DNA of 64,000 nt from Longimicrobiales bacterium (GCA_965203485.1 OZ241892.1:512001-576000), one strand, 5' to 3'; counted from the first letter of the stretch, positions 46,710 to 58,514 are shown. The notes: generated by a model not told the origin, from the letters alone. Made by a program: numbers and translations.

Positions 46710-47549
46710 ATGGCGCTCAAGAAGTTCAAGCCGGTCACGCCCGGCAGTCGCTTTCGATCGGTGACCGAGAAGGAAGCCATTACGCGCTCGGAACCCGAGA
46801 GGTCTCTGGTCGAGCCCATGAAGAGATCGGGCGGGCGCAACCATCACGGGCGCGTGACCGTCCGTCGCCGGGGCGGCGGGGCCAAGCGCAGATACCGCAG
46901 GATCGACTTCCGCCGCGACAAGCACGGCGTCCCCGGCCGCATCGCGGAGATCGAGTACGACCCCAACCGCTCCGCGCTCATTGCGCTGGTCCACTACGAG
47001 GACGGCGAGAAGCGCTACGTCCTGCATGTCCGCGGCACGGCGGTCGGCGATACGGTCGTCTCGGGCTCCGGCTCCGACGTCCGGCCGGGCAACGCGTTGC
47101 CACTGGGCGAGATTCCGCTGGGCACCACCGTGCACAACGTGGAGATGAAGCCGGGCAAGGGCGGTCAGATTGCCCGCTCGGCCGGAGCCTCCGTGCAGGT
47201 CGTGGCGCGAGAGGGCGACTATGTGAGCTTGCGCATGCCGTCCACCGAAGTGCGGCGCATCCACAAGCGCTGCTTGGCCACGGTCGGCCAAGTGGGCAAC
47301 GTGGACCACAACCTCCAGTCGCTCGGCAAGGCGGGGGCCTCGCGCCACCGAGGTCGGCGCCCGAAGGTCCGTGGCGTGGCCATGAATCCCGTCGACCACC
47401 CGTTGGGCGGCGGCGAAGGCAAGGCGTCCGGGGGGCGGCCGCCCGTCACTCCCTGGGGCAAGCCCGAAGGGGCCAAGACGCGCAAGAAGAAGAAGACGTC
47501 GAACAAGTTCATCGTCCGCGGGCGCAAGCGCGGCCGGGCGACGCGATGA
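46710..47549 (+). CDS. rplB: 50S ribosomal protein L2
   Basis: [25 protein letters not shown]. Confidence 0.98.
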   Translation: MALKKFKPVTPGSRFRSVTEKEAITRSEPERSLVEPMKRSGGRNHHGRVTVRRRGGGAKRRYRRIDFRRDKHGVPGRIAEIEYDPNRSALIALVHYEDGEKRYVLHVRGTAVGDTVVSGSGSDVRPGNALPLGEIPLGTTVHNVEMKPGKGGQIARSAGASVQVVAREGDYVSLRMPSTEVRRIHKRCLATVGQVGNVDHNLQSLGKAGASRHRGRRPKVRGVAMNPVDHPLGGGEGKASGGRPPVTPWGKPEGAKTRKKKKTSNKFIVRGRKRGRATR

Positions 47550-47587
47550 CCCCCCGCGGACCGGTTCCGGAGCGAGGCTGACACGTC

Positions 47588-47872
47588 ATGCCGCGAAGCG
47601 TCAAGAAGGGTCCGTTCATCGACGAGAAGCTCCTCCGCAAGGTGGAGGCGATGGACGCGCGCAACGAACGCAGCGTGATCCGCACGTGGGCGCGCGCGAG
47701 CACGATATCGCCCGCGTTCGTCGGACACACGATCGCCGTCCACAACGGCAACAAGTTCATCCCCGTCTACGTCAGCGAGAACATGGTGGGGCACAAGCTG
47801 GGCGAGTTCGCGCCGACGCGGCTGTTTCGCGGCCACGGCGGCAAGCTGGCCGACAAGCGTTCGAGGGTGTAG
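47588..47872 (+). CDS. rpsS: 30S ribosomal protein S19
   Basis: [21 protein letters not shown]. Confidence 0.98.
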   Translation: MPRSVKKGPFIDEKLLRKVEAMDARNERSVIRTWARASTISPAFVGHTIAVHNGNKFIPVYVSENMVGHKLGEFAPTRLFRGHGGKLADKRSRV

Positions 47873-47881
47873 GGGGCCGTC

Positions 47882-48235
47882 ATGATGGCAAGCGCAACGG
47901 CAAGACACCTGAGAATGAGCCCCAGGAAGGTCCGCTTGGTCGTGGACCAGATCCGAGGCCGGCGCGTGAGCGAAGCCGTCGTCATCCTGGACTTCTCCAA
48001 GAAGGCCGCCGCGGTCCCCGTGGGCAAGACGCTCCGTTCCGCAGTGGCGAACGCGCAGGACCTGGCCGACCGCGACGGCGAATCCGTCGACGTGGACGCC
48101 CTCGTCGTGCGCCGCGCCTTCGTCGACGAGGGCCCCATGCTCAAGCGCTGGAAGGCCGCCGCGATGGGCCGCGCCGCGCCGCGCCGCCGCCGGACCAGCC
48201 ACGTCACCGTCGTGGTGGCCGAGGAAGGGGAATAG
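47882..48235 (+). CDS. rplV: 50S ribosomal protein L22
   Basis: [26 protein letters not shown]. Confidence 0.97.
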   Translation: MMASATARHLRMSPRKVRLVVDQIRGRRVSEAVVILDFSKKAAAVPVGKTLRSAVANAQDLADRDGESVDVDALVVRRAFVDEGPMLKRWKAAAMGRAAPRRRRTSHVTVVVAEEGE

Positions 48236-48239
48236 GACG

Positions 48240-48902
48240 GTGGGCCAGAAGACGCATCCCCACGGATTCCGGCTGGGCGTCGTCGCGGACTGGGACTCGC
48301 AGTGGTACGCCGAGCGCGACTTCCCGGCGCTGCTCAAGGAGGACCACACGATTCGGTCCTACGTTTGGCGAAGGTTGCACCACGCCGCCGTGGCCCGCGT
48401 CAGGATTGCGCGCAAGCCGTCGAAGATCGTGGTCACGGTTCACACGGCGCGCCCCGGCGTGGTGATCGGCAAGCGGGGCGCCGAAGTGGACAAGCTGCGC
48501 GACGAACTCGCGGTGCTCACGTCGAGCGACGTGTCGGTGAACGTGGAGGAGATCAAGCGGCCGGAACTCAACCCCCGGCTGGTTGCGGAGAACGTGGCCC
48601 ACCAGATCACGCAGCGCGTCTCGTTTCGGCGGGCCATGAAGCGCGCTGTGCAGTCGGCTATGCGCGCGGGCGCCGAGGGCATCCGCATTCAGTGCGCGGG
48701 GCGGCTCGGCGGCGCCGAGATCGCGCGCACCGAAGGCTACAACGAAGGGCGCGTGCCGCTGCACACCCTTCGGGCCGAGATCGAGTACGCGCACGTGGAC
48801 GCGCGCACGACCTACGGCGCCATCGGCGTGAAGTGCTGGATATTCAAGGGCGAAGTCATCGAAGACCGCTTCGGGCGGACGTACTCGGCCGGGCCGGCCT
48901 GA
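48240..48902 (+). CDS. rpsC: 30S ribosomal protein S3
   Basis: [24 protein letters not shown]. Confidence 0.98.
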   Translation: MGQKTHPHGFRLGVVADWDSQWYAERDFPALLKEDHTIRSYVWRRLHHAAVARVRIARKPSKIVVTVHTARPGVVIGKRGAEVDKLRDELAVLTSSDVSVNVEEIKRPELNPRLVAENVAHQITQRVSFRRAMKRAVQSAMRAGAEGIRIQCAGRLGGAEIARTEGYNEGRVPLHTLRAEIEYAHVDARTTYGAIGVKCWIFKGEVIEDRFGRTYSAGPA

Positions 48903-48921
48903 CCGAGCAGGGAGCAAGGAC

Positions 48922-49338
48922 ATGCTGTCGCCGAAACGCGTGAGACGCCGCAAGACCCACAAGGGCAAGATGCGCGGCAAGGCGTACCGCGGGAGCAAGG
49001 TGTCGTTCGGCGAGTACGGACTCCAAGCGCTCGAGGCCTCCTGGATCACGAACCGGCAGATCGAGTCCGCCCGCGTGGCGATCACGCGCCACGTGAAGAG
49101 GGGCGGCAAAGTCTGGATACGCATCTTCCCGGACAAGCCCGTCACGAAGAAGCCCGCGGAGACGCGAATGGGCAAGGGAAAGGGAAACCCGGAGGACTGG
49201 GTCGCGGTCGTGAAGCCGGGACGCGTCATGTTCGAACTCGAAGGCGTGCCGGTCGAAACGGCGCGGCGCGCGATGCGGCTCGCTTCGTTCAAGTTGCCGG
49301 TCAAGACGCGCTTCGTTGTCCGGGAGTCGCAGCTCTAG
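48922..49338 (+). CDS. rplP: 50S ribosomal protein L16
   Basis: [16 protein letters not shown]. Confidence 0.98.
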   Translation: MLSPKRVRRRKTHKGKMRGKAYRGSKVSFGEYGLQALEASWITNRQIESARVAITRHVKRGGKVWIRIFPDKPVTKKPAETRMGKGKGNPEDWVAVVKPGRVMFELEGVPVETARRAMRLASFKLPVKTRFVVRESQL

Positions 49339-49372
49339 CGGGCCGCGCCTCGGAAGACAGAGAGAAGACGAG

Positions 49373-49585
49373 ATGAAGGCAGAAGAGATTCGCGAGCTGG
49401 GCGACGCCGAACTCGCGCACGAGCTGGCGGACCGGAAGCTGGAGCTCTTCAGGCTTCGTTTCCGCCGGGCTACCATGGAGCTGGAGAACCCGAAGCTCCC
49501 AGGGCGGATCCGGCGCGACATCGCCCGCATCAAGACGATCCTGCACGAGCGCCGGCTCGGGCGCGAAGACGGCGGGTCCCGGTGA
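49373..49585 (+). CDS. rpmC: 50S ribosomal protein L29
   Basis: [26 protein letters not shown]. Confidence 0.96.
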   Translation: MKAEEIRELGDAELAHELADRKLELFRLRFRRATMELENPKLPGRIRRDIARIKTILHERRLGREDGGSR

Positions 49586-49872
49586 CGCGAGCCCACGAAA
49601 CGGGCACGCCGTCGCCCGCGGTCCGCGCCAGGCGCAAGCTGCGCACGGGCAAGGTCGTCGCCGACGGCGCCGACAAGACCGTGACGGTGATGGTCTCGCG
49701 CCGTTTCGCGCATCCGCTGTACGGAAAGCAGGTCACGCGCTCCAAGAAATACCATGCCCACGACGAGGCCAACGAGTACCAGGTCGGCGACACGGTGCGG
49801 ATCATGGAGACCCGCCCGTTGTCCAAGACCAAGCGGTGGCGCGTCGTGGAACTGCTCGACCGGCCCGCCTGA
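49582..49872 (+). CDS. rpsQ: 30S ribosomal protein S17
   Basis: [17 protein letters not shown]. Confidence 0.97.
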   Translation: MTRAHETGTPSPAVRARRKLRTGKVVADGADKTVTVMVSRRFAHPLYGKQVTRSKKYHAHDEANEYQVGDTVRIMETRPLSKTKRWRVVELLDRPA

Positions 49873-49903
49873 CGAGCCGGCGTGAAGAGACTGGGTACGT
49901 TCG

Positions 49904-50272
49904 ATGATTCAACAGGAATCGATGCTCAAGATCGCCGACAACACGGGCGCGAAGCGGGCCTTGTGCATTCGCGTGCTGGGCGGCTCCGGGCGACGCTACG
50001 CGCGCATCGGGGACCGGGTGATCGTGACGATCAAGGACGCCGTGCCCAACGCTTCGGTGAAGAAGGGCGAAGTGACCGAGGCGGTCGTGGTCCGCACGGC
50101 CAAGGAGACGTCCCGCCGGGACGGCACCTACATCTGCTTTGACGACAATGCGGCCGTTCTCATCAACGCTCAGAAGGAGCCGCGCGGCACCCGCATCTTC
50201 GGGCCCGTCGGACGCGAGCTGCGCCAGAAGCGCTACATGAGGATCGTGTCGCTCGCGCCGGAGGTGCTCTGA
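49904..50272 (+). CDS. rplN: 50S ribosomal protein L14
   Basis: [22 protein letters not shown]. Confidence 0.98.
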   Translation: MIQQESMLKIADNTGAKRALCIRVLGGSGRRYARIGDRVIVTIKDAVPNASVKKGEVTEAVVVRTAKETSRRDGTYICFDDNAAVLINAQKEPRGTRIFGPVGRELRQKRYMRIVSLAPEVL

Positions 50273-50275
50273 GGG

Positions 50276-50623
50276 ATGGCGGCGCCGAAGATGAGGATCA
50301 TGAAGGGCGACCGGGTCAAGGTGATCCGGGGCAACCACCGCGAGGCCGAGGGCACGGTGCTTCGCGTTCTGCCGAGGTCGAACCGCGTGGTGGTGCAGGG
50401 CGTCAACATGCGCAAGCGGCACACGCGGCCGTCGCAGGCCAATCCCGAGGGCGGCGTCGTCACCTTCGAGGCGCCGATCCACGCGTCCAACGTCATGCTC
50501 CTCGACGGCGCGGCGGGCGGCGCGAGCCGCGTGCGCATGGACGTGCCCCGGGAAGGCGGCAAGGAACGGATCGCCGTGAAGAGCGGCAACCCGGTTCCCA
50601 AGCCGGAACGGCCGGGCGGCTAG
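50276..50623 (+). CDS. rplX: 50S ribosomal protein L24
   Basis: GDRVKVIRG, EAPIHASNV. Confidence 0.96.
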   Translation: MAAPKMRIMKGDRVKVIRGNHREAEGTVLRVLPRSNRVVVQGVNMRKRHTRPSQANPEGGVVTFEAPIHASNVMLLDGAAGGASRVRMDVPREGGKERIAVKSGNPVPKPERPGG

Positions 50624-50647
50624 GCGCCGCCGAAGGGAAGCCGGACG

Positions 50648-51220
50648 ATGGAGCCACGACTCTTGACCCACTACCGCGAGATCGCCCGCCCGGCGCTCCA
50701 GGAGCGGTTCGGCTTTTCGAATCCGCACCAGGTGCCCAGTGTGGTGAAGGTGACGCTGAACGTGGGCGTGGGCGAGGCCAGCCGCGACCGCAAGTTGGTC
50801 GATTCGGTCGCCGGCGAGCTGGCCGCGATCACGGGCCAGAAGGCGGTCGTCACGCGGGCCCGCAAGTCCATCGCCAACTTCAAGTTGCGCGAAGGCATGC
50901 CCGTGGGCGCGTCCGTGACGTTGCGCCGCCGCCGGATGTGGGAGTTCCTCGACAGGCTCGTCTCGGTGGCCACGCCGCGCATCCGCGACTTTCGCGGTCT
51001 CAACAGCCGCTCGTTCGACGGACGGGGCAACTACACGATGGGCATCCGCGAGCAGATCATCTTTCCCGAGGTCGACTACGACAGGGTCAGCCGCATCCAC
51101 GGCATGGACGTGTCGGTGGTCACCTCGACGAACAAGGACGACCAAGCGTATGCGCTGCTGCAACAGCTCGGGTTCCCCTTCCGGGGCCAGACGCCCGTGA
51201 TCATCGGAGCGAAGGCGTGA
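50648..51220 (+). CDS. rplE: 50S ribosomal protein L5
   Basis: [21 protein letters not shown]. Confidence 0.98.
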   Translation: MEPRLLTHYREIARPALQERFGFSNPHQVPSVVKVTLNVGVGEASRDRKLVDSVAGELAAITGQKAVVTRARKSIANFKLREGMPVGASVTLRRRRMWEFLDRLVSVATPRIRDFRGLNSRSFDGRGNYTMGIREQIIFPEVDYDRVSRIHGMDVSVVTSTNKDDQAYALLQQLGFPFRGQTPVIIGAKA

Positions 51221-51284
51221 CGCGCGCCCCGGCCCGGGGCCAACAGGAGGCGTCTTCCAGCGCCCAGGAGGATCCCAACCAATC

Positions 51285-51677
51285 ATGATGACCGATCCCG
51301 TGGCGGACATGCTGACGCGCATCCGCAACGCCGGCACGGCCGGCCTCAAGTGGGCCGACGTCCCCCTCTCGAAGCTCAAGGTCGAAGTGGCCCGCCTGCT
51401 CAAGGAGAACGCGTTCGTCTACGACTACAAGGTCCTCAACGACGGACGTCACGGACTGTTGCGCGTCTATCTCAAGTACCACGAAGGGAGCCCCGTCATC
51501 CGCCGCATCGAGAGGGTCTCCAAGCCGGGGCGCCGGCGGTACGTGGGCGTGGACGAGATACCCAGAATACGCAATGGACTCGGGATCGCGATCCTGTCCA
51601 CGTCGCGGGGACTGCTGTCCGACCGCGCGGCGCGGGCCGCCCGGACGGGCGGCGAGGTCCTCGCGGTGGTCTGGTAG
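51285..51677 (+). CDS. rpsH: 30S ribosomal protein S8
   Basis: TDPVADMLTRIRNA, SKPGRRRY, GGEVL. Confidence 0.98.
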   Translation: MMTDPVADMLTRIRNAGTAGLKWADVPLSKLKVEVARLLKENAFVYDYKVLNDGRHGLLRVYLKYHEGSPVIRRIERVSKPGRRRYVGVDEIPRIRNGLGIAILSTSRGLLSDRAARAARTGGEVLAVVW

Positions 51678-51686
51678 AGGAGAACG

Positions 51687-52244
51687 ATGTCGCGCATTGG
51701 CAAGATGCCGGTCCGGGTGCCGGCCGGCGTCGAAGTGAAGCTCGACGGGCAGCGGTTGGCGGCCAAGGGTCCGAAGGGCGAACTCGAGCTGGAGGTGGCG
51801 TCTCCCATCGCGGTGACGTGGCGCGAGGCGGAGGGGACGGCCGAGAAGGCGCTGGTTGTTACGCGGGAGTCGGACGACAAGAAGCACCGGGCGCTTCACG
51901 GCCTGACGCGCTCCTTGGTGGCCAACGTCATCCAGGGCGTCGGCGAGGGCTTCGCGAAGACCCTGGAAATCGTCGGCGTCGGGTACCGGGCGGAGGCCAA
52001 GGGCGGCGAACTCCACCTGAGGCTCGGCTTTTCTCACCCGATCGACTATTCGGCCCCGAAGGGAATCGTCTTCGAGACCCCGAATCCGACGACGATTGTC
52101 GTAAAGGGGCCGGACAAGCAGCAGGTTGGCCACGTCGCCGCCGTCATTCGTGCCTTTCGCCCCCCGGAGCCCTACAAGGGCAAGGGCGTTCGGTACCGTG
52201 GAGAACAGGTCCGGCGCAAGGCCGGCAAGACCGCCGGGACGTGA
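51687..52244 (+). CDS. rplF: 50S ribosomal protein L6
   Basis: [17 protein letters not shown]. Confidence 0.98.
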   Translation: MSRIGKMPVRVPAGVEVKLDGQRLAAKGPKGELELEVASPIAVTWREAEGTAEKALVVTRESDDKKHRALHGLTRSLVANVIQGVGEGFAKTLEIVGVGYRAEAKGGELHLRLGFSHPIDYSAPKGIVFETPNPTTIVVKGPDKQQVGHVAAVIRAFRPPEPYKGKGVRYRGEQVRRKAGKTAGT

Positions 52245-52281
52245 CGACGAGACCGCGTTCGGGCCTAGGGACCGACTGGCA

Positions 52282-52671
52282 ATGATCAAGCAGAGCAAGC
52301 TCAGGAAGAACCGCAAGCTTCAGCGGGGCAGGCGCCACGCGCGCATCCGCAAGAGGGTGCACGGAACCCGAAGCCGGCCGCGGCTGGTGGTGTTCCGGTC
52401 GTTGCGCCACATCGAGGGCCAAGTGGTCGACGACGACGCGCAACGCACGCTGGTCGGCCTGTCCACGCTGGCGCCCGAGTTGCGGGACTTCAAGGCCGGC
52501 GAGGGCGAGCGGCGCAAGGTCGAGGCGGCTCGGGCGGCGGGCAAGCTCCTCGCCCAGAAGGCTCGGGAGCGTGGCGTCGAGACGGTCGTCTTCGACCGCG
52601 GCGGCTTCAAGTACCACGGTCGCGTCAAGGCGTTTGCCGAGGGTGCGCGCGAAGGGGGGCTGGCGTTCTGA
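52282..52671 (+). CDS. rplR: 50S ribosomal protein L18
   Basis: [23 protein letters not shown]. Confidence 0.97.
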   Translation: MIKQSKLRKNRKLQRGRRHARIRKRVHGTRSRPRLVVFRSLRHIEGQVVDDDAQRTLVGLSTLAPELRDFKAGEGERRKVEAARAAGKLLAQKARERGVETVVFDRGGFKYHGRVKAFAEGAREGGLAF

Positions 52672-53192
52672 TGGCCAGGGACAACTCGCCGCCGCGAGAG
52701 AACTCCGAGCAGGTCGAGAACGTGATCTACGTGAACCGCGTGGCGAAGGTCGTGAAGGGCGGCCGCCGGTTCTCCTTCAGCGCCCTGGTGGCCGCGGGCG
52801 ACAAGGCGGGCCGGGTCGGCATCGCGCAGGCGAAGGCCAACGAGGTGGCCGAGGCGATTCGCAAGGCGTTCGAGCATGCCCGCCGCAACATGGTGGACGT
52901 GCCCGTGGTCAACGGAACGTTGCCGCACGAGATCATCGGCCGGTGCGGAGCAGGCCGCGTTCTGATGCGGCCGGCGGCTCCGGGAACGGGAGTCATTGCG
53001 GGCGGGCCGGTGCGCGCGGTGCTCGAGGCCGCCGGCGTGACCGACGTGCTCACCAAGAGCTTGGGCACCAACAACCCCGTCAACGTTGCGCGGGCAACCT
53101 TCGACGGCTTGGAGAACTTGGTGACGGCGTACGAGGTTGCCGCCGAGCGCGGCGCGACGCTCGAGCAGCTGGGGCTTGCCGGCCATGGCTAA
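52671..53192 (+). CDS. rpsE: 30S ribosomal protein S5
   Basis: [23 protein letters not shown]. Confidence 0.98.
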   Translation: MARDNSPPRENSEQVENVIYVNRVAKVVKGGRRFSFSALVAAGDKAGRVGIAQAKANEVAEAIRKAFEHARRNMVDVPVVNGTLPHEIIGRCGAGRVLMRPAAPGTGVIAGGPVRAVLEAAGVTDVLTKSLGTNNPVNVARATFDGLENLVTAYEVAAERGATLEQLGLAGHG

Positions 53193-53376
53193 GCGGTTGC
53201 GCATTACCCAGGTGCGCAGCGCCGTCGGCCGCCAAAAGGCGCAACGGCGCGTGTTGCGCGCTTTGGGCATCAAGGGACACCAGAAGGCCGTGGTCCAGGA
53301 CGACACGCCGGCGATCCGCGGCATGATCGCGAAGGTCGACTATCTGGTCGAGGTGACGGAGGCGGAACAGGCATGA
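53185..53376 (+). CDS. rpmD: 50S ribosomal protein L30
   Basis: [17 protein letters not shown]. Confidence 0.95.
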   Translation: MAKRLRITQVRSAVGRQKAQRRVLRALGIKGHQKAVVQDDTPAIRGMIAKVDYLVEVTEAEQA

Positions 53377-53855
53377 TCGGATTGGACAATCTCGGACCGC
53401 CCGCAGGGTCGCGGCGCAACCGCAAGCGCGTGGGCCGCGGGCCGGGGTCGGGGAAGGGAAAGACGTCCGGACGGGGCGAAAAGGGGCAGAACTCGCGTTC
53501 CGGGGGCGGGGTGCCGGCGTGGTTCGAGGGCGGCCAGATGCCGTTGCAGCGCCGCATCCCGAAACGCGGGTTCACCAACCGCAACCGGACCGAGTACCAA
53601 GTCGTCAACGTCGGCGATCTGGGCAGGGTCGAAGGCGAAGCGACGCCGGAGTCGCTTCGCGGTGCGGGGCTGATCCGCTCCCTGCGCAGGCCGGTCAAGC
53701 TCCTGGCCGGGGGCGACGCCCCCGCCGGTGCGCGTTGCCGCGTGCATTGGGCGAGCGCGGCCGCCCGCCGCAAGATCGAGGAAGCCGGCGGCTCCGTGGA
53801 GATCATGGGTCCAAGGGCCGGTCAAGCGCCCGCCGCCGAAGACGCAGCGGGATGA
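53373..53855 (+). CDS. rplO: 50S ribosomal protein L15
   Basis: [24 protein letters not shown]. Confidence 0.97.
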   Translation: MIGLDNLGPPAGSRRNRKRVGRGPGSGKGKTSGRGEKGQNSRSGGGVPAWFEGGQMPLQRRIPKRGFTNRNRTEYQVVNVGDLGRVEGEATPESLRGAGLIRSLRRPVKLLAGGDAPAGARCRVHWASAAARRKIEEAGGSVEIMGPRAGQAPAAEDAAG

Positions 53856-53919
53856 CGCGGAAGGCCCCGGGTTCACGCCCCGGTCCCCCCCCGCGACCGG
53901 TAGCTGGAGACGCAGCCTG

Positions 53920-55233
53920 ATGGCCAACCCGATCCCGAACCTCTTCCGGGCTCCGGAGCTGAAGAAGAAGATCCTCTTCACGCTCTTCATCATGTTCGTG
54001 TACCGCCTGGGGTCGCACATCACGGTGCCGGGCCTCGACGTGGTTGCCCTGCAGCAGCAGTTCCAGCAAGTCGCCGAGACCTTTCTGGGGGTCTTCGACA
54101 TGTTTGTGGGCGGCGGCCTGAGCCGTGCCACGATTCTGGCATTGGGCATCATGCCCTACATCTCGGCGAGCATCATGTTTCAGCTGCTCGCCGCCGTCGT
54201 GCCCAAGGTCGAGAAGCTGCAGAAGGAAGGCGAAGAGGGCCGCAAGAAGCTCACGCAGTGGACGCGCTACACGACGGTGCTGCTGTGCGTCGTCCAGTCG
54301 TACGCGTACGCGTCGTTCCTGCAGGGCCTCGCGGGAGCTGTCCGCGATCCGGGCGCGGGCTTCGTGCTCACCACCGTGATCGTGCTGACGGTCGGCGGCA
54401 TCTTCGTGATGTGGCTGGGCGAGCAGATCACCGAGCGGGGCATCGGCAACGGCATGTCGCTGCTCATCTTCTTTTCGATCATCCAGGGCTTCCCGCAAGC
54501 CGCGGCCAACGTGTGGGAGTCCGTGCGCTTGGACGAGATCGGCGTTGTGGAAGTCGTCGCGCTGCTGGGCATCGTCGTGGGAATCACGGCAGGAGTCGTG
54601 GCCATGACGATGGCGGCCCGAAAGATCCCGATTCAGATCCCCCGCAAGGTGGTGGGCCGCGGGCGCATCCAAGAGGGCCAGAAGAGCTTCATCCCGTTGC
54701 GCGTGAACTCCGCCGGGGTCATGCCGATCATCTTTGCGCAGTCCTTCATCGTCGTCCCGGGCACGATCGCCGCCTTCAGCTCGATCCCGCTGGTCCAGGA
54801 CGTGGCCGACGTCTTTCAGCCCGGCAATTGGGCATACTACCTGACCTACGGCTTCCTCATCGTCTTCTTCACGTACTTCTACACCGCCATCATCTTCAAC
54901 CCGGCGGACTTGGCCGAGAACCTGAAGAAGCAGGGGGCGTTCATTCCCGGCGTCAAGCCTGGAGCGCGCACCGCCGAATACATCGATCGCGTGCTCACCC
55001 GCGTCACTCTTCCCGGCTCTCTCTACCTGGCTCTCATCGCGTTGCTCCCCTACTGGATCTTGGACGTGTTCAACGTTCCGACCTTCTTCTTCGGGGGCAC
55101 CAGCCTGCTGATCGTGGTGGGCGTGGGTCTCGATACCGTCCAGCAGGCCCAGCAGCACCTTCTGTTGCGCCACTACGACGGCTTCATGAAGAAGGGCCGC
55201 GTCAAGATGCGCGGCCGCCAGAGGTACATGTAG
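53920..55233 (+). CDS. secY: Preprotein translocase subunit SecY
   Basis: ALGIMPYISASI, WLGEQITERGIGNG, GGTSLLIVVGV. Confidence 0.98.
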   Translation: MANPIPNLFRAPELKKKILFTLFIMFVYRLGSHITVPGLDVVALQQQFQQVAETFLGVFDMFVGGGLSRATILALGIMPYISASIMFQLLAAVVPKVEKLQKEGEEGRKKLTQWTRYTTVLLCVVQSYAYASFLQGLAGAVRDPGAGFVLTTVIVLTVGGIFVMWLGEQITERGIGNGMSLLIFFSIIQGFPQAAANVWESVRLDEIGVVEVVALLGIVVGITAGVVAMTMAARKIPIQIPRKVVGRGRIQEGQKSFIPLRVNSAGVMPIIFAQSFIVVPGTIAAFSSIPLVQDVADVFQPGNWAYYLTYGFLIVFFTYFYTAIIFNPADLAENLKKQGAFIPGVKPGARTAEYIDRVLTRVTLPGSLYLALIALLPYWILDVFNVPTFFFGGTSLLIVVGVGLDTVQQAQQHLLLRHYDGFMKKGRVKMRGRQRYM

Positions 55234-55243
55234 GGGCGGCATC

Positions 55244-55912
55244 GTGGATCCGCATTCCAACGAACCCGGCGCCGTCGTCGTCTTCCTCGGATCCCCGGGC
55301 GCGGGAAAGGGCACGCAGGGCGCCCGCTTGCGAGACGATCTCGGCTGGGCGCACGTCTCCACGGGCGACCTGCTGCGCGCCGTGCGCGCAGCAGGCACGC
55401 CGCTTGGCCAGGAGGCGCAAGCGTACATGGACTCGGGCCGCCTGGTCCCCGACGACCTCATGGTCGCGTTGCTGGGCGAGCGGCTGGCCGCGATGCCGCG
55501 CGGCCAGGGCCTGATCCTGGACGGCTTCCCCCGCACGGAGGCCCAGGCCGCCGCCCTCGACGAGGTCCTCGCAAGAGTCGGCCGCCGCGTGAGCCGAGTG
55601 GTGCTGCTGGACGCGCCCGAATCCGTTCTGGTCGAGCGGATCTCGGGCCGCCGCCTGTCGCCCAGCGGGCGCGTCTACAACGTTCACTCCGATCCGCCGC
55701 GCCGCGAGGGCTTCTGCGACGATACGGGCGAGCCCCTCGTGCACCGCGCCGACGACCACCCCGAGGCCGTGCGAACGCGCTTGGCCGTCTACCGCGAAGC
55801 GACCGCCCCGCTCGTCGCCCACTACGACCGCCGCCGGTTGCTGGCGCGCGTCGACGGGCAGACCGGCATGGACGAGGTTCACCGCGCTCTCATGGCCGCC
55901 GTGGCCGCCTAG
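55244..55912 (+). CDS. adk: Adenylate kinase
   Basis: GSPGAGKGTQ, STGDLLR, LDGFPRT. Confidence 0.97.
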   Translation: MDPHSNEPGAVVVFLGSPGAGKGTQGARLRDDLGWAHVSTGDLLRAVRAAGTPLGQEAQAYMDSGRLVPDDLMVALLGERLAAMPRGQGLILDGFPRTEAQAAALDEVLARVGRRVSRVVLLDAPESVLVERISGRRLSPSGRVYNVHSDPPRREGFCDDTGEPLVHRADDHPEAVRTRLAVYREATAPLVAHYDRRRLLARVDGQTGMDEVHRALMAAVAA

Positions 55913-55915
55913 GCG

Positions 55916-56893
55916 ATGGCCGGCGAATTCACGACCAAGTCTCCGGCGCAGATCGCCGCGATGGAGACCGCGGGGCGCGTCATCGGCGCCCTGTTCGCCG
56001 AGATCGAGGCGATCGTTCTGCCTGGAGCCACCACGGCCGCGCTCGACGGGTTCGTCGACGATTTCGTGCGTTCTCACGAGGGCGCCGTGCCCGCCTTCAA
56101 GGGGCTCTACGGCTTTCCCGGCAGCGCGTGCATCAGCGTCAACTCCGAGATCGTGCACGGCATTCCCGGCGCGCGGGCCTTGCGCTCCGGCGACATCGTG
56201 TCGATCGACGTGGGCGTGCGGCTTGACGGATGGTGTGCCGACTCGGCCTTCACGTACCCCGTGGGCGAGATCGGCCCGGATGCCGTCCAGTTGCTCGGCG
56301 TGACGCGCGCAGCCCTGGACGCGGCGGTGGCGGCGGCCTGTTCGGGCGCCCGCGTGGGCGACGTGGGCGCCGCCGTCGAAGCGGCCGTCGCCGGGAGCGG
56401 GATGGAGATCGCGCGCGACCTGGTGGGCCACGGCATCGGGCGGGCGGTGCACGAGGACCCCCAGGTGCCCAACCACGGGCGGCCCGGCACGGGGCCGCTC
56501 CTGCGCGCGGGCGCCACGCTGGCGATCGAGCCGATGGTGGCGCTGGGGAGCGGCCGCATCCGCACGCTCGCCGACGGGTGGACGACCGCCACCGCCGACG
56601 GCTCGCTCTCGGCGCACTTCGAGCACACGGTCGCGGTTGCCGGCGACGGGCCCCGCGTGCTTACGGGCGGCGGCATCTGGGCTACGGCGGCGGCGCTGGG
56701 CGGAGCGGATGCCGGCGGGGCGACCGAGCGAGCGCGCCCCGGCTTGACCCCGTTGAACGAGGACGCCCGGGCCGTCGCGGTCGCGTCCCGGCAGGAGTCC
56801 GCCAGAGTCGGCGTCCCCGGCCTCTACCGCAACGGCGTCGCGAGGGCTACCTTAAGTGGCTGTCCATTGAACTGGGGAGAGGAAGCCGTATGA
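55916..56893 (+). CDS. map: Type I methionine aminopeptidase with ~75-aa C-terminal extension
   Basis: [32 protein letters not shown]. Confidence 0.95.
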   Translation: MAGEFTTKSPAQIAAMETAGRVIGALFAEIEAIVLPGATTAALDGFVDDFVRSHEGAVPAFKGLYGFPGSACISVNSEIVHGIPGARALRSGDIVSIDVGVRLDGWCADSAFTYPVGEIGPDAVQLLGVTRAALDAAVAAACSGARVGDVGAAVEAAVAGSGMEIARDLVGHGIGRAVHEDPQVPNHGRPGTGPLLRAGATLAIEPMVALGSGRIRTLADGWTTATADGSLSAHFEHTVAVAGDGPRVLTGGGIWATAAALGGADAGGATERARPGLTPLNEDARAVAVASRQESARVGVPGLYRNGVARATLSGCPLNWGEEAV

Positions 56894-57006
56894 AGGTGCG
56901 GACCAGCGTGAAGCCCATGTGCGAATATTGTCGCGTCGTGCGCCGCAAGGGCGTCGTGCGCGTCATCTGCAGCAGGAACCCGCGCCACAAGCAGCGCCAG
57001 GGCTGA
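56890..57006 (+). CDS. rpmJ: 50S ribosomal protein L36 (Zn-ribbon form)
   Basis: [14 protein letters not shown]...[13 protein letters not shown]. Confidence 0.97.
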   Translation: MKVRTSVKPMCEYCRVVRRKGVVRVICSRNPRHKQRQG

Positions 57007-57022
57007 CGGGGAGCGAAGCGAA

Positions 57023-57403
57023 GTGGCGCGGATAGCCGGCGTGGACCTGCCGAGGGCCAAACGCATCGAAGTGGCGCTCACCTACGTGTACGGCGTCGGC
57101 CGGACGAGGGCCCGCCGCATTCTGGAGGCTACCGGAATCGACCCCGATCTGCGAACGCACGAGCTGAGCGACGAGGACGCCAGCGTGCTCCGTCGCGAGA
57201 TTGAGCAGTACCACAAAGTGGAGGGCGCGTTGCGCACCGAGATCTCCATGAACATCAAGCGGCTCATGGACATCGGTTGCTACCGAGGTCTGCGTCACCG
57301 GCGCGGGTTGCCAGTGCGCGGGCAGCGGACGCACACCAATGCGCGCACGAAGAAGGGCCCGCGCCGGGCCATCGCCGGCAAGAAGAAGGCGCCGAAGAAG
57401 TAG
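57023..57403 (+). CDS. rpsM: 30S ribosomal protein S13
   Basis: [23 protein letters not shown]. Confidence 0.98.
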   Translation: MARIAGVDLPRAKRIEVALTYVYGVGRTRARRILEATGIDPDLRTHELSDEDASVLRREIEQYHKVEGALRTEISMNIKRLMDIGCYRGLRHRRGLPVRGQRTHTNARTKKGPRRAIAGKKKAPKK

Positions 57404-57469
57404 CCCCAGCGCCGGACCCGCGAGCACTAACGCCAAGGCGGGCGTTGCCCCGCAAGGACGAGCGACAAG

Positions 57470-57862
57470 TTGGCCAAGCCAAAAACGACGCGATCCAAGA
57501 AGTCCAGGAAGGTCGTGGAATCCGAAGGCGTCGCCCACATCAAGGCGACGTTCAACAACACGCTGATCACGATCGCCGACAACGTCGGCAACGTCCTGGT
57601 GTGGGCGTCCGCCGGCACTGCGGGCTTCAAGGGGTCCAAGAAGTCGACGCCGTTCGCGGCGACGATGGCAGCCGAGAAGGCGGGCCGGGACGCCGTCGCA
57701 CTGGGCGTGCGCAGCGTCGTCGTGCGGGTTCGCGGGCCGGGATCGGGCCGCGAGTCCGCCATTCAGGCGATCGCCGCCGCCGGGCTCGAGGTCAAGTCGA
57801 TACACGACGTGACGCCGTTGCCGCACAACGGTTGCCGCCCGCCCAAGAAGCGCCGCGTCTGA
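57470..57862 (+). CDS. rpsK: 30S ribosomal protein S11
   Basis: ATFNNT, KSTPFAA, PHNGCRP. Confidence 0.98.
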   Translation: MAKPKTTRSKKSRKVVESEGVAHIKATFNNTLITIADNVGNVLVWASAGTAGFKGSKKSTPFAATMAAEKAGRDAVALGVRSVVVRVRGPGSGRESAIQAIAAAGLEVKSIHDVTPLPHNGCRPPKKRRV

Positions 57863-57878
57863 CGGAGGACCCGGAACC

Positions 57879-58514
57879 ATGTCGCGATATACAGGACCCG
57901 CGTGCAAGCGTTGTCGCCGCGAGGGGCAGAAGCTGTTTCTCAAGGGGGTCAAGTGCTACACGCAGAAGTGCCCCGTGGAAAGGCGGCAGTACGCGCCCGG
58001 CCAGCACGGCCCCGCCTCGGTTCGGCGCCGCAAGCAGTCGGCGTACGCCGTCCAATTGCGCGAGAAGCAGAAGGTCAAGCGGATATACGGGTTGCACGAG
58101 AGGCAGTTCCGCAACCTGTTCAAGCATGCGGCGTCGAGACCCGGAGTGACCGGCGAGAACTTGGTGCTTGCCCTGGAAACCCGCCTGGACAACGTGGTGT
58201 TTCGCTTGGGGCTGGCCACCAGTCGCCGCCAAGCCAGGCAACTGGTGCGCCACCGCCACGTGCAAGTCAACGGGTCGCTGGTGGACATTCCTAGTTGCCG
58301 CGTGAGCGCGGGCGACGAGATCGCCCTGCGCGACGGCTCGCGCGAGCTCGACTTGGTGGCTGCCAGCTTGGGAGCACGCACGCGTCCGCCGCTGATGGAG
58401 TGGCTCGCCTTCGACGAGAAGGGCTGTGTGGGCCGTGTCGTGCGGGAACCGGAACGGGGCGAGATTCCGTTGCCTGCGCAAGAACAGCTGATCGTCGAAC
58501 TGTATTCCAAGTGA
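57879..58514 (+). CDS. rpsD: 30S ribosomal protein S4
   Basis: CKRCRREG, LETRLDNVVFR, IVELYSK. Confidence 0.98.
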   Translation: MSRYTGPACKRCRREGQKLFLKGVKCYTQKCPVERRQYAPGQHGPASVRRRKQSAYAVQLREKQKVKRIYGLHERQFRNLFKHAASRPGVTGENLVLALETRLDNVVFRLGLATSRRQARQLVRHRHVQVNGSLVDIPSCRVSAGDEIALRDGSRELDLVAASLGARTRPPLMEWLAFDEKGCVGRVVREPERGEIPLPAQEQLIVELYSK

